NCBI GenBank assembly: GCA_001788955.1
Contig: MFXT01000025.1
Coordinates: 11,332 to 75,331 of the forward strand
Source of the DNA: Candidatus Peribacteria bacterium RIFCSPHIGHO2_02_FULL_49_16
GTDB lineage: Bacteria > Patescibacteriota > Gracilibacteria > Peribacterales > Peribacteraceae
Reading direction: 5' to 3'
DNA length: 64,000 nt
Positions 25,666 through 35,628 of the stretch are shown piece by piece. The notes under the pieces were generated by a model. That model did no database searches. It saw nothing but the letters and a program-made list of their open reading frames with translations, and was not told where the DNA came from. How positions within the stretch are numbered: the first letter of the stretch is position 1; every line of letters begins with the position of its first letter. A program made the position numbers and the translations under genes.

Positions 25666-27342
25666 ATGCTTCATACACAAACATCTCTCACAGGAAAACG
25701 ATGGATTTTTCGCTCGGCACTGCACGCGACTATGCGTGTCATGTCACTGAACGACGTTATGAACCTCCGTTCGTTTCCGAAAAGCGGAATGGTGGATTCA
25801 TGGAGCTTTCCTGACATGCAAAAAATCTGCGCCCGCATGCAGACGGCAATACGAAATCACGAAAATATCGGCATCTTCGGCGATTACGATTGCGACGGCA
25901 TCACGTCTACGGCACAACTGGTACGCCTTTTTCGTCGTCAACATACGGAACCGATTGTCCGACTGCCGCATCGCATTCGCGACGGTTACGGCATCAAACC
26001 GCACCACATTGATGAATTTCATTCACAAGGAACAACACTCCTGTTGATTGTCGATACCGGCATCGGTGCACATGATGCTGTTTCTCATGCACATACGCTC
26101 GGCATCGATTGCATCGTCGTCGATCATCATACGCCAAAAAAAACGCTGCCTCCCGCATACGGAATTATCCATCCGTGTCTATCACAACCGCCGCCAATCA
26201 GCCCACCCTCTGCCGCGGGACTGACATTCGCTCTCGTTTCTGCGTTTGAAGGGGAATCGTGGGAAGGACGCGCGGAAGATTTGGCACTCGCAACAATTGG
26301 CACCGTTGCCGATCTCGTTCTCCTTCTTGGAGAAAATAGAACGCTTGTGCAAGAAGGAATTCACGCTCTTCGATGTCTGCGAAACGGACCGCTTGCGGCA
26401 TTTGTGCAGCATGTGTGTCCAAAGCAAGACCGTATCACCGGCACAGATATCGCATTTCGCCTCGCACCGCGCATCAATGCTGCGGGACGCATGGACGATC
26501 CTCTTTTGGCGCTGTATGCACTCACAGAAGAAGGAGACCATCATCTGCATTTAGAGACGATGAATGCGAAACGACAAGAGTACACACGTGAATTGTTTGC
26601 AAATCTCTACGAGACTATTCCCGCTTCCCCTCCGCCATTTCTCATAAACGCAAGCCCTCTTTACCCTTCGGGCATTATCGGCCTTCTTGCCGGAAAACTG
26701 ACAGAAATTTTCGGCCGCCCAAGCCTCGTTGCATCCATACAAAGTGGCATCTGCACAGCATCGTTGCGCAGTCCCCCTTGCTATAACGTCACCGAAGGAC
26801 TTGAGCGAATCTCTGATCTTCTGCTCTCATTCGGAGGACATGCGCAGGCGGCCGGATGCACATTTGCTCTCCAAAATCTGGATAAGGTACGCGCAAGGCT
26901 TTCGAATGATGTTCTGGAACAGACTCCGGAAGAAAACTTGCACCCTACTCTCTCTCTCGATGCACGACTCTTACCCTCGACTGTCACTCTTCCCTTTTGC
27001 TCGATTCTCTCTTTCCTGGAACCCTTTGGCATGGGGAATCCCGAGCCCATTTTTCTTCTTGAAAACGTCCGGCTTGAACATCTCACACTCATCGGAAAAG
27101 ACCGGCAACATATCTCCGGGCAGATCGAAGGAACGCGCTTCGTGGGTTTCGATTTGGGAAATCTTGTCAACACTCTTCCGGAAAAAGTCGACATCGCCTG
27201 CACAATACAAATCAATACATGGAACGGCAGAACGTCGCCGCAGATCATGCTCAAAGATATTGTCTCTTACACCGGAACAAGTTCTCCCTCCATATCAAAG
27301 ACAGCCGTCACAGAAACATCAAAAGCGGCGGCGATTTTGTAA
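25666..27342 (+). CDS. recJ: single-stranded-DNA-specific exonuclease RecJ
   Basis: DHH motifs [17 protein letters not shown] and VVDHH. DHHA1 motif GGHAQAAG. Confidence 0.92.
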   Translation: MLHTQTSLTGKRWIFRSALHATMRVMSLNDVMNLRSFPKSGMVDSWSFPDMQKICARMQTAIRNHENIGIFGDYDCDGITSTAQLVRLFRRQHTEPIVRLPHRIRDGYGIKPHHIDEFHSQGTTLLLIVDTGIGAHDAVSHAHTLGIDCIVVDHHTPKKTLPPAYGIIHPCLSQPPPISPPSAAGLTFALVSAFEGESWEGRAEDLALATIGTVADLVLLLGENRTLVQEGIHALRCLRNGPLAAFVQHVCPKQDRITGTDIAFRLAPRINAAGRMDDPLLALYALTEEGDHHLHLETMNAKRQEYTRELFANLYETIPASPPPFLINASPLYPSGIIGLLAGKLTEIFGRPSLVASIQSGICTASLRSPPCYNVTEGLERISDLLLSFGGHAQAAGCTFALQNLDKVRARLSNDVLEQTPEENLHPTLSLDARLLPSTVTLPFCSILSFLEPFGMGNPEPIFLLENVRLEHLTLIGKDRQHISGQIEGTRFVGFDLGNLVNTLPEKVDIACTIQINTWNGRTSPQIMLKDIVSYTGTSSPSISKTAVTETSKAAAIL

Positions 27343-27494
27343 GCAAGAAGCACAGAAGGATTCGTCTGTCCACGTTCGATGCTCATGATCGTTTGGCGGC
27401 TCACGCTTGTTCGCAGTGCCAATTCTTCCTGTGTCATATTTTTTTCGAAGCGTAATCGTCGAATGTTGTTTTTGAGAGCAACTGTTGTAGACAT
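27267..27494 (-). CDS. XRE-family helix-turn-helix transcriptional regulator (75 aa)
   Basis: [52 protein letters not shown]. Met22 was chosen. Its end converges on and overlaps the recJ end by 76 nt. Confidence 0.8.
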   Translation of the reverse strand: MSTTVALKNNIRRLRFEKNMTQEELALRTSVSRQTIMSIERGQTNPSVLLAYKIAAAFDVSVTAVFDMEGELVPV

Positions 27495-27590
27495 ATAGAA
27501 AAATTTGTGAGAGAAAATATGAAGATAACCCTGTAGCTGGAGTATTTTACAGATCACCCCCTCTCATGCAAGGGTGAGTTTTCTCTGCCT

Positions 27591-27620
27591 TTGCAGAAGA
27601 CCTATCACATGTTCTATACT
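27591..27620 (+). promoter_or_regulatory. promoter TTGCAG-N18-TATACT, 7 nt before the hsp20 ATG
   Basis: Sequence is TTGCAGaagacctatcacatgttcTATACTtctccccATG. Confidence 0.45.
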
Positions 27621-27627
27621 TCTCCCC

Positions 27628-28071
27628 ATGGGATCGTCTCCTTTCCATGGCATCTTTCAATCTCTTGGGTTTGAACAAGATGCGCATACTGCGCCAACGG
27701 TAAAGAGTACACATGGAAAAGCTCCCGATTATACGAAAGTCGGAGGACATGTTGCCGCAGACGTCTACGAACATGGCGGATATTACATCATTAAAATTCC
27801 GCTTGCAGGAGTGCGTCTTTGTGATTTGGATATTGAAGTGAGTGATTCAATCGTAACGATTCGCGGGCAGCGCCGTCAAAGTGACGATGTCCTGTCCGAG
27901 CAGTATTTCCTTCAGGAATGCTTCTGGGGCGAATTTAGCCGCTCCGTGACCCTTCCTTGTACCATCGATCCTAAAAAGGTAAAAGCAACCTTTAATAAAG
28001 AATGCATTCTTAAAGTTCTCATTCCGAAAGAAGAGAGCACCGTTAAGGTTGTGCGCATCAATGAAGCATGA
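27628..28071 (+). CDS. small heat-shock protein (Hsp20/alpha-crystallin)
   Basis: Alpha-crystallin domain: DVYEHGGYYIIKIPLAGV...IEVSDSIVTIRGQR...FSRSVTLP...VKATFNKECILKVLIPK. Met19 was chosen on promoter geometry. Confidence 0.88.
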   Translation: MGSSPFHGIFQSLGFEQDAHTAPTVKSTHGKAPDYTKVGGHVAADVYEHGGYYIIKIPLAGVRLCDLDIEVSDSIVTIRGQRRQSDDVLSEQYFLQECFWGEFSRSVTLPCTIDPKKVKATFNKECILKVLIPKEESTVKVVRINEA

Positions 28072-28540
28072 AAAGCACTCCATATGACAGCAAAGCTGCA
28101 TACACGCCTGCGAGGATATCATCGATAACGACTGCTGCCGGCCAGTGTTCTTTTCGGTCGATCGCGCGGATACCGAATGGTTTGAAAAAGTCGAAGAAGC
28201 CAAATGCCAGAAGAATGAGTACGAACGTGGCTGGCGTCATGGGCGATGGCTGCCAGATCAGGAAAGGGGAAAATGCAACAAGAACACCAAGAAATTCATC
28301 AATGACGATCCAATGATGGTCGTATGTTCTTTGACTGCCCACAAACGGGATGCTCATGAGTGCGGAAAAAAATATGCATACAAAGAGAAGTACAATGATC
28401 AATAATCGTTGCCCTACAGATGCCGGAAGAAGTGCATGGAGAAGAAGACACGCCACTCCCGTAGCAACGGTGGCGATCACCGCACCGAGATGGGGAATGA
28501 ATCCGACGCCGAAGAGACTAAGAAAGAGCTTGTATTTCAT
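28058..28540 (-). CDS. pgpA: phosphatidylglycerophosphatase A
   Basis: FDFFKPFGIRAIDRKEHWPAAVVIDDILAGVYA; 160 aa with 4-5 TM helices. Confidence 0.8.
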   Translation of the reverse strand: MKYKLFLSLFGVGFIPHLGAVIATVATGVACLLLHALLPASVGQRLLIIVLLFVCIFFSALMSIPFVGSQRTYDHHWIVIDEFLGVLVAFSPFLIWQPSPMTPATFVLILLAFGFFDFFKPFGIRAIDRKEHWPAAVVIDDILAGVYAALLSYGVLFMLH

Positions 28541-29355
28541 TATCCAAGTATGTGTATCGCTTTCCGGTATCCTTCCGGTGTTCCGGTGTCGAGCCGTTTC
28601 CCTTCACACACATAACCATACACGAAAGCATGCGGCAATTCTTTGATAAGGGCATCGATGAGACGGATCTCTTTCTGATGATCGCCATCGATCTCGGCGA
28701 GTGCGTTTATTGTTTGACGAGGAATAATGTATTTACCGACGACCCCAAAATTGGACGGCGCTTCATCCGGCGACGGTTTTTCGACGAGTCCGATGATCTT
28801 TTTCATCCGATCTTTTGATGCAATTTCATCAATGGCGGCGATGCCGTAGCTGGAAACGCGTTGAAGAGGAACTTCTTCGAGACAAAGCAGGTTCGCGCCT
28901 GACGGAAGACCTGCATATGCATGACACAGCTGCTCCAAACCGCTTTTCTCGCCGGCATACAGGTCATCGCCAAAGAGAATGGCGACAACATCACTCTTGA
29001 TCCACTCCCGCGCCTGTAGGACGGCATGACCGTCACCGAGCGGTTCTTCCTGATAGACAGTGTGAAAATGAACATCATTATATCGCCTTAATTGTTCCAA
29101 AAGATTGAGTTTTCCTTTTTGTTCAAGCTTTGCTTCGAGTGCGGGATCTGCAGAGAAGTATTTCGGAATACTTTCTTTTCCATGACTGATGACAAAACAG
29201 ATATCGGTAATGCCCACCTGCAAACATTCGTCGACGAGCAGTGCGATGAGCGGCTGATTGCCGATCGGAAGCATTTCCTTCGGAATATTTTTCGTCCACG
29301 GAAGAAATCGTGTTCCAAGGCCTGCAACGGGGAGAATTGCTTGTTGTAGCTTCAT
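28540..29355 (-). CDS. galU: UTP--glucose-1-phosphate uridylyltransferase
   Basis: N-terminal AILPVAGLGTRFLPWTKNIPKEMLPI, and LGDGHAV. Confidence 0.88.
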   Translation of the reverse strand: MKLQQAILPVAGLGTRFLPWTKNIPKEMLPIGNQPLIALLVDECLQVGITDICFVISHGKESIPKYFSADPALEAKLEQKGKLNLLEQLRRYNDVHFHTVYQEEPLGDGHAVLQAREWIKSDVVAILFGDDLYAGEKSGLEQLCHAYAGLPSGANLLCLEEVPLQRVSSYGIAAIDEIASKDRMKKIIGLVEKPSPDEAPSNFGVVGKYIIPRQTINALAEIDGDHQKEIRLIDALIKELPHAFVYGYVCEGKRLDTGTPEGYRKAIHILG

Positions 29356-29383
29356 AAGAAGAGTGTAATTCCTTTGGTGTATT

Positions 29384-29413
29384 TTGACAAAAACTCCCCG
29401 GATTCGCTATAAT
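29384..29413 (+). promoter_or_regulatory. consensus sigma70 promoter TTGACA-N18-TATAAT
   Basis: Sequence is TTGACAaaaactccccggattcgcTATAAT. Confidence 0.65.
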
Positions 29414-29450
29414 GCACAGCGTACATACATATCCTTCACCTTTTCTTATT

Positions 29451-29741
29451 ATGGCGTCTCTGAAAGCGCTTGAGCGCGAAAAACAGCAAGTGATCTATCC
29501 GGCATACGATTGCGTACATTTTCTCTCCATGGCGATTGACGATCCTGGTGTCTGGAAAAAGAGAAAAGAGGACCGGAAAAAAGTGGAGCGCGCATATAAA
29601 GAATTAGGTAAAATGCTTCGCGATCCGAAAAGCGTAAAAGTCATTGCCGCATGGTTTGGAGAAGAGAGTGCAGACAGCCCGTTGATTGAGTGGATGAAAG
29701 AAGTGCGCGAACAAGCAAAAAAACTCATTCTTGGTTCATAA
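29451..29741 (+). CDS. hypothetical protein (96 aa, charged and helical)
   Basis: MASLKALEREKQQ.... The ORF-track ATG at 29412 sits inside the -10 box, so the internal Met is preferred. Confidence 0.5.
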   Translation: MASLKALEREKQQVIYPAYDCVHFLSMAIDDPGVWKKRKEDRKKVERAYKELGKMLRDPKSVKVIAAWFGEESADSPLIEWMKEVREQAKKLILGS

Positions 29742-29758
29742 GTCGTACATTCCTTATG

Positions 29759-29787
29759 AAAAAACCCCCGCACTGCGAGGGCTTTTT
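29759..29787. terminator. bidirectional intrinsic terminator between convergent genes
   Basis: An A-run (AAAAAA), then CCCCCG-CACTG-CGAGGG (one C.A mismatch), C, then TTTTT. Confidence 0.5.
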
Positions 29788-29800
29788 CTTTATGCGCATT

Positions 29801-31687
29801 TTATAGTCCTCTCTTCTTCAGTCGTTCATTCCGTCTATCAATGACTCCTTGAAGACGATTTTCAAGTTTGGTGATTTTCGCACTGATTTCCGCCTGCGAC
29901 AGACCGCGCGCCTGCATGCGCTCTTCGAGACGATCTACGATGCTCCAGATGCGATCTTCAAAGGTCATTTCTGCACGCCCGCGTGACGGTTGCACAGTAG
30001 AACGAGCTTCTTGCTCCACTGTACGCAAGGACGGTCGTTCACGCGCGGTACTCACAGCAGGTGAAGCCGACCGACTGGATGCAACACCGCTGCCACGTCG
30101 CCCGCCTCCGCCGCTGCCGCCAGTGGCGTTCGTCGAGGAACCGCCCGTGACAAGGAACACCGCACTACTCGCATTGATCAAACCGTCCTGCGCGTCCGTG
30201 TAGCTGACACTGACGTCTCCATCTTTGGTATGTTGGAGTTTTCCATCGGTGGAAGCCGCTCCATTTGCCGTAAGGATTGAACCACGGAATATACCGGATT
30301 CTTTTTCCGTTTCTGTAAGAGTCACTGTTTCCGTATCAATGGCTGTGCCATCTTTACTAAGCGTCACCGTCACTGTCACTGTGTCTTTCACCGAACCGTC
30401 GATATTCTCATCGGAATCCGTAAGAGTGATGTAGATCGTTTCATCTTCACGGAAGGTTTCAAGACGCGCGTAACTGCTGTCTCCCACTACAAAGGCAGAA
30501 CCCGAATGCGAGAGCACGCCCGTGTCGTCTTTGATCGTGCCATAGTTTACGATCTTTGCACCGGTGGCATAGAGCGTATGACCGGACATCGCAAGCAGCG
30601 AACCGGTGTTGATGGTGATGGTGCCAAGGATTGTCAACTTTCCTGCAAGCACGCCGGAGCTTGTCCTTGTCACAGTCAATGCCGTGATCTTCGCATTATT
30701 GGTATCAAGCACTTGACCTCTCTTTCCAAGGCCACCGTTCAACGTTAAGAGTGAATCACCAGATTGTGTGTAGGAACCTGCACTCCCTGTCTTAATCGAA
30801 CCGGAAATCGTGACATTGGCATTGGAGCTGAAGGTCGACTGCGCATGATCGGCAATGGTGATTGCTCCACTGATGGCCAGTGTTGCAGAAGAGTGCGACA
30901 GGGCAAAGTTTCCGCGCGTGACGGTCAAGCTTCCCTTGAGCCGGAGTTTTGATCCCGAAATCAAAAGATCGTCAATCGTCGTTCCTGCGGTATTGTTGAG
31001 AATGATTCCAGAGAAACTGTTTGCCACGAGCGCATGTGTGGCGGATTCCGGAATGTAGGCAAACGCAAGCGTCTGATCTCCTGTCGTATTGTTAAAGAGG
31101 ATTGTGCCCGAATAATAGAATTTTCCTCCGGTGTGCTTCAAGCTTCCCGATGTCGACCACCGGTGATTTGCCAAGCTGTTACTTATGACACCTCCCGACA
31201 TAATGAGACTTCCCGACATTCCCAGTTTTGCTCCCGTTCCAATGACGAGACGTCCCGATCCAATGCGGGCTCCCGAACCTCCGATGATCAGTGTGGATGT
31301 CCCCGTAAAGATACTTCCCGTCCAAGATGGCGTCATGATAAGACCGCCGACAGTGATCGCCCCGCGCAGAGTGATCGTATGTCCGCTCGCCGCTTTTCCG
31401 TCAAAGATCGCAACGTCAGCCGCTCCCGGCACCGAGCCTCCGCCCGTTCCGCCTTCTGCTGTAGACCAGTTCTCTATATCGAACCATTCTTGTATATTCG
31501 CGGATGATCCCACGACCCAGTACCTTTTTGCCGCAAACGCCAGATCGGGAAGGATAAGAGAAACAATAGCCATGATGCTCATGACTACACGAAAGCCTCG
31601 CATGTTTTGCGCCAGCTTGTTCTTCGATAGAAGTGGGGTCGTCATAGGACGGGTACGTAAGAAATAAGAGAGAAGTCTCGATTGCAT
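29801..31687 (-). CDS. large secreted beta-helix repeat protein (autotransporter-associated beta-strand-repeat-like) with a C-terminal coiled coil
   Basis: Signal MRGFRVVMSIMAIVSLILPDLAFA (Met29, 31603). YWVVGSSANIQEWFDIENWST..PGAADVAIFDG is followed by G/S/T-rich about-20-aa repeats. An Ig-like segment is TVTVTVTLSKDGTAIDTETVTLTETEKESGIFRGSI. Confidence 0.6.
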   Translation of the reverse strand: MQSRLLSYFLRTRPMTTPLLSKNKLAQNMRGFRVVMSIMAIVSLILPDLAFAAKRYWVVGSSANIQEWFDIENWSTAEGGTGGGSVPGAADVAIFDGKAASGHTITLRGAITVGGLIMTPSWTGSIFTGTSTLIIGGSGARIGSGRLVIGTGAKLGMSGSLIMSGGVISNSLANHRWSTSGSLKHTGGKFYYSGTILFNNTTGDQTLAFAYIPESATHALVANSFSGIILNNTAGTTIDDLLISGSKLRLKGSLTVTRGNFALSHSSATLAISGAITIADHAQSTFSSNANVTISGSIKTGSAGSYTQSGDSLLTLNGGLGKRGQVLDTNNAKITALTVTRTSSGVLAGKLTILGTITINTGSLLAMSGHTLYATGAKIVNYGTIKDDTGVLSHSGSAFVVGDSSYARLETFREDETIYITLTDSDENIDGSVKDTVTVTVTLSKDGTAIDTETVTLTETEKESGIFRGSILTANGAASTDGKLQHTKDGDVSVSYTDAQDGLINASSAVFLVTGGSSTNATGGSGGGGRRGSGVASSRSASPAVSTARERPSLRTVEQEARSTVQPSRGRAEMTFEDRIWSIVDRLEERMQARGLSQAEISAKITKLENRLQGVIDRRNERLKKRGL

Positions 31688-31842
31688 AGCGCGTCACGTT
31701 GCCGAGACGGCAACTACGCACATACAAACGTAAATGTAACGCAAGACGTTGCGCATAACACAGAAGTTTATCTTGAAAACAGTGCATTATAGTTTTTGAT
31801 ACCATTCACATACGTGCCATCTCATCCCGATCGCGCACGTCT

Positions 31843-33825
31843 CTACAGTTCCCGACGTAATAATTCTATTTCATCACGAATATCGGCAGCACGTTCGAAT
31901 TCCAAATTCTGTGCGGCGAGTTCCATCTGATACTCGAGTTCGTCCATGAGACGCTTCTTTTCATCTTTGGGAATTTTTGTGTGATCATGCCTTGGACGGC
32001 GCAATTCCACTCTTCGATGTTCCTCTGCAATATCGCGCACGGCTTTTTCAATCGACTTCGGCGTAATGCCGTGTTTCGTATTATACGCCTCCTGAACGGA
32101 GCGACGGCGATTCGTCTCTTCTATTGCCGCATGCATGGCATCGGTCATCATATCCGCATACAACGTCACATGCCCGTTGATGTTGCGCGAACTGCGACCG
32201 ATTGTCTGAATGAGCGCATCTCGCGACCGCAGGAATCCCTGTTTATCCGCATCAAGAATGGCGATGAAACTCACTTCGGGAAGATCGAGTCCCTCGCGAA
32301 GCAAATTAATCCCGACAATGATATCGATATCCCCCGTACGCAGCTGCCGCAGAACTTCGATGCGTTCCAATGTTTCGACGTCACTGTGCAAATATCGCAC
32401 CTTATAATCCTCTTCCTTTAAGTAGTCTGTGAATTTCTCCGCCATCTTCTTGGTAAGCGTCGTCACGAGAACCCGTTCTTTACGAGAAATTGCCTCGTCC
32501 ACTTCGCGAAGAATATCCTGTACCTGCCCTTCTGTCGGTTTCACCAGCACCGTCGGATCAAGAAGCCCCGTCGGACGAATAATCTGCTCTGTAATGTACT
32601 CTTTTGGCGTGTGCACATACTCATATTTTCCTGGTGTTGCAGACACATACACGCGCCGCGGAGCGCGCTCTTCAAATTCTTCAAACATGAGCGGACGATT
32701 ATCATGCGCACTCGGCAAACGGAATCCGTATTCCACAAGATTATTTTTGCGACTGCGATTTCCTTCATACATGCCACCCACTTGCGGGATGGAAATATGC
32801 GACTCGTCCACAAACAACAGAAAGTCTTTCGGAAAGTAATCCAGAAGCGTCGATGGCGGCTGTCCGGGCACGCCGTGATTATGAAAGTAACGCACATAGT
32901 TTTCGATCCCCGTGCAATAGCCCGTTTCTTTGAGCATCTCCATGTCATACTCCGTCCGCATGCGCAGCCTCTCCGCCTTCGTCTGTTCTCCATGATCCAG
33001 CAGTTCCTTCTCACGTTCATCCAATTCTTTCATCATCCCCTCGCATGCACCGGTGATTTTCTCCTGACTTGTGACATTGTGCGCTGCCGGAAAGATCATG
33101 ACTTCGTTCAAATCCTGCAGAAGTTCTCCCGTGAAACTATCCACTTCCTGAATCGTTTCCACTTCATCGAACGGCATTTCCATTCTGATCACGGTATCGC
33201 CTCCCGGAGGAAAGACCTCCACCGTATCACCAAGCACGTGCACCATTCCCTGTTTGAATTCCATATGACTCCGCCGATACTGGATATCCGTCAATCGGCG
33301 CAGGAAAGCATCCCGCTTGATCTGTTCTCCACGCTGTACGGTGATGGCCAGCGCCTCATAATCTTCCACATTCCCAAGACCATAAATGCAGGATACGGAA
33401 GCTACAATAAGCACATCCCGCCGCGTGAGGAGATTCATCGTCGCCGCATGGCGAAACTTCTCGATCTCTTCATTAATGGAAGCATCTTTCTCAATGTACG
33501 TATCCGTGTGAGGAATATACGCCTCCGGCTGATAATAATCGTAATAGGAGACGAAGTAACTGACGGCATTATCCGGAAAGAATTGCTGAAACTCGCTGCA
33601 CAGTTGCGCCGCGAGCGTTTTATTATGCGCGAGCACCAGCGTCGGCTTCTGGAACTCCTGCACAATATTGGCCATCGTGAATGTTTTTCCCGTTCCCGTC
33701 GCTCCAAGAAGCGTCTGATGCTTCTGCCCTGCATAGAGCCCATCAAGTAATTTCGCAATAGCTTTCGGCTGATCTCCCGTCGGCTCATACGGCGCCACCA
33801 AGCGAAATGCATTCTTTTTGAGCAT
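31843..33825 (-). CDS. uvrB: excinuclease ABC subunit B
   Basis: LLGATGTGKTFTMANIV, helicase motifs, and a C-terminal UVR motif (LEFERAADIRDEI). Met35 was chosen; TATACT lies 8 nt upstream. Confidence 0.93.
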   Translation of the reverse strand: MLKKNAFRLVAPYEPTGDQPKAIAKLLDGLYAGQKHQTLLGATGTGKTFTMANIVQEFQKPTLVLAHNKTLAAQLCSEFQQFFPDNAVSYFVSYYDYYQPEAYIPHTDTYIEKDASINEEIEKFRHAATMNLLTRRDVLIVASVSCIYGLGNVEDYEALAITVQRGEQIKRDAFLRRLTDIQYRRSHMEFKQGMVHVLGDTVEVFPPGGDTVIRMEMPFDEVETIQEVDSFTGELLQDLNEVMIFPAAHNVTSQEKITGACEGMMKELDEREKELLDHGEQTKAERLRMRTEYDMEMLKETGYCTGIENYVRYFHNHGVPGQPPSTLLDYFPKDFLLFVDESHISIPQVGGMYEGNRSRKNNLVEYGFRLPSAHDNRPLMFEEFEERAPRRVYVSATPGKYEYVHTPKEYITEQIIRPTGLLDPTVLVKPTEGQVQDILREVDEAISRKERVLVTTLTKKMAEKFTDYLKEEDYKVRYLHSDVETLERIEVLRQLRTGDIDIIVGINLLREGLDLPEVSFIAILDADKQGFLRSRDALIQTIGRSSRNINGHVTLYADMMTDAMHAAIEETNRRRSVQEAYNTKHGITPKSIEKAVRDIAEEHRRVELRRPRHDHTKIPKDEKKRLMDELEYQMELAAQNLEFERAADIRDEIELLRREL

Positions 33826-33833
33826 AGTGAGGA

Positions 33834-33839
33834 AGTATA
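33834..33839 (-). promoter_or_regulatory. -10 box TATACT 8 nt upstream of the uvrB ATG
   Basis: Minus strand reads GGTATACTTCCTCACTATG. Confidence 0.45.
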
Positions 33840-33860
33840 CCTTTCTTCGATGGGTCATAC

Positions 33861-33866
33861 TATACT
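33861..33866 (+). promoter_or_regulatory. -10 box TATACT 6 nt upstream of the serS GTG
   Basis: Sequence is TATACTcgttctGTGATCGAT. Confidence 0.45.
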
Positions 33867-33872
33867 CGTTCT

Positions 33873-35165
33873 GTGATCGATGTGACCGATCTCCAGAACC
33901 GGCCGGAGGAGTATCAAAAAGCAGCAAACGTGAAAGGAATAGACATTTCGGTGAAAGAATTTCTCACGCTCGACGAACTTCGGCGCGAACTTACGAAACG
34001 CGTGGACGAGATGCGCGCAGAGAAAAATGCCGTCAGTAAAAAGATTCCAACAATGAAAGACACGGAAAAAAATGACGCCATTGCGGATATGAAAAAACTC
34101 GATGGAATGCTTGGAAAAAATGAAGAGCAGTTGCGGGACACCGAACATGACTGGATGAACATGCTTCTTCGTTTGCCGAATATCCCTCATTCAGATACGC
34201 CGATTGGAAAAGACGATCGTGAGAATGTTGAAGTAAAACAGTGGCCAGACCCTTCGACAAAGCTCAAAGTGACACCTAAAGGTGTCAAAGATCACGTTCA
34301 ACTTGGCGAAGATCTTGACATCATCGATATTCCCCGCGGAGTAAAAATTGCAGGATCGCGCAGTTACTTTCTCAAAGGCGCAGCGGTGCAACTGGAGCTC
34401 GCGCTCCTTCATTACACGCTCGATCACCTGATTGCAAAAGGCTTCACCGCGTTCGCGCCCCCCGTTCTCACTCACAAGGATTGCCTGATCGGAACGGGAT
34501 TTTTTCCCGGAGCAGAAGAGCAAACGTATGCTCTCAAAGACGATGATCTTTATCTTATCGGAACATCCGAAGTCTCTGTGTGCAGTTATCATAAAGATGA
34601 AACACTCGATATCTCAACACTCCCCAAACGCTACTGCGGGATCAGCAATTGTTTTCGACGAGAAGCCGGCACATACGGAAAAGATACGAAGGGACTCTAC
34701 CGCGTGCACCAATTTCAAAAAGTCGAGCAAGTGATCCTCTGCGAAGCGGATGAGAAAAAAGCACTGGAACTTTTTGAAGAGATTCGCACACATGCGGAAG
34801 ACATTCTGCAATCACTGGAACTTCCCTATCGTGTCGTGCAAGTCTGCACAGGAGACATGGGACAAGGAAAAGTATGTATGCAGGATATCGAAACATGGAT
34901 GCCATCGCGCAATTCCTACGGCGAAACACACAGTTGCTCGTATCTCGGAGATTTTCAGGCGAGGCGATTGAATATCAAGTATACAGACGGAAATGGAGAC
35001 CGACATTTCGTGCACACGATCAATAACACCTGTATCGCAAGCCCGCGCATTCTCATTCCCCTCATCGAGACCTATCAGAATGCGGATGGAAGTATAACGG
35101 TTCCGACAGTTCTGCGTGCATATATGGGAGGAAGAGAAAATATAGCTGTAAGCGGTACGTTGTAA
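33873..35165 (+). CDS. serS: seryl-tRNA synthetase
   Basis: N-terminal coiled-coil arm. Class II motifs FRREAG and GLYRVHQFQKVE. Confidence 0.93.
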   Translation: MIDVTDLQNRPEEYQKAANVKGIDISVKEFLTLDELRRELTKRVDEMRAEKNAVSKKIPTMKDTEKNDAIADMKKLDGMLGKNEEQLRDTEHDWMNMLLRLPNIPHSDTPIGKDDRENVEVKQWPDPSTKLKVTPKGVKDHVQLGEDLDIIDIPRGVKIAGSRSYFLKGAAVQLELALLHYTLDHLIAKGFTAFAPPVLTHKDCLIGTGFFPGAEEQTYALKDDDLYLIGTSEVSVCSYHKDETLDISTLPKRYCGISNCFRREAGTYGKDTKGLYRVHQFQKVEQVILCEADEKKALELFEEIRTHAEDILQSLELPYRVVQVCTGDMGQGKVCMQDIETWMPSRNSYGETHSCSYLGDFQARRLNIKYTDGNGDRHFVHTINNTCIASPRILIPLIETYQNADGSITVPTVLRAYMGGRENIAVSGTL

Positions 35166-35181
35166 GCGATAAGCTCTCTCT

Positions 35182-35628
35182 ATGCTTCTTCTTCTTATTG
35201 GATCCGGCACCGTTGGACGTGATGCGATTATTGAGCGTTTCTTAAACAGTCATCCCGATTGGCGGTTCGTCAGCGTCGATGATCAGGAAGAAGTATTCCT
35301 GGAACTGCCTGAAGAAGAACAAGACGATCCGGAAAAAGGAATTGTGGCAGTCGATACGCGGGAATTTTTCGTAACAACCATCCTGCAGTGCACGCAGAAA
35401 CTTCAGGAGCAGAACTTGCATATCATCGCCGCATGTGATGACTTGCCGGAGCATCTCTTCACGCTTATGCGCAGCACACTCGGCAACAATCTTCTCATCA
35501 TCCACATCGGCGGCGTGCATTCTGTGGAGAAGGGAAAGGAAGAACTCTACGATCACTTTATCGATACCAAAACGACGTCGGTGAAGGATGCACAGATACA
35601 GTTATCGAAACTGATTCAGACACCCTGA
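35182..35628 (+). CDS. hypothetical protein (degenerate P-loop-like N-terminus)
   Basis: MLLLLIGSGTVGRDAIIERFL...; no confident family assignment. Confidence 0.45.
   Translation: MLLLLIGSGTVGRDAIIERFLNSHPDWRFVSVDDQEEVFLELPEEEQDDPEKGIVAVDTREFFVTTILQCTQKLQEQNLHIIAACDDLPEHLFTLMRSTLGNNLLIIHIGGVHSVEKGKEELYDHFIDTKTTSVKDAQIQLSKLIQTP

Noticed and set aside
27267-27342. Convergent overlaps recJ/XRE (76 nt) and kinase/EamA (4383-4426, 44 nt) as deliberate antisense regulation.
   Set aside because: The overlapping parts are poorly conserved-looking C-terminal tails. This is common in compact genomes, and there is no additional evidence for a regulatory role.
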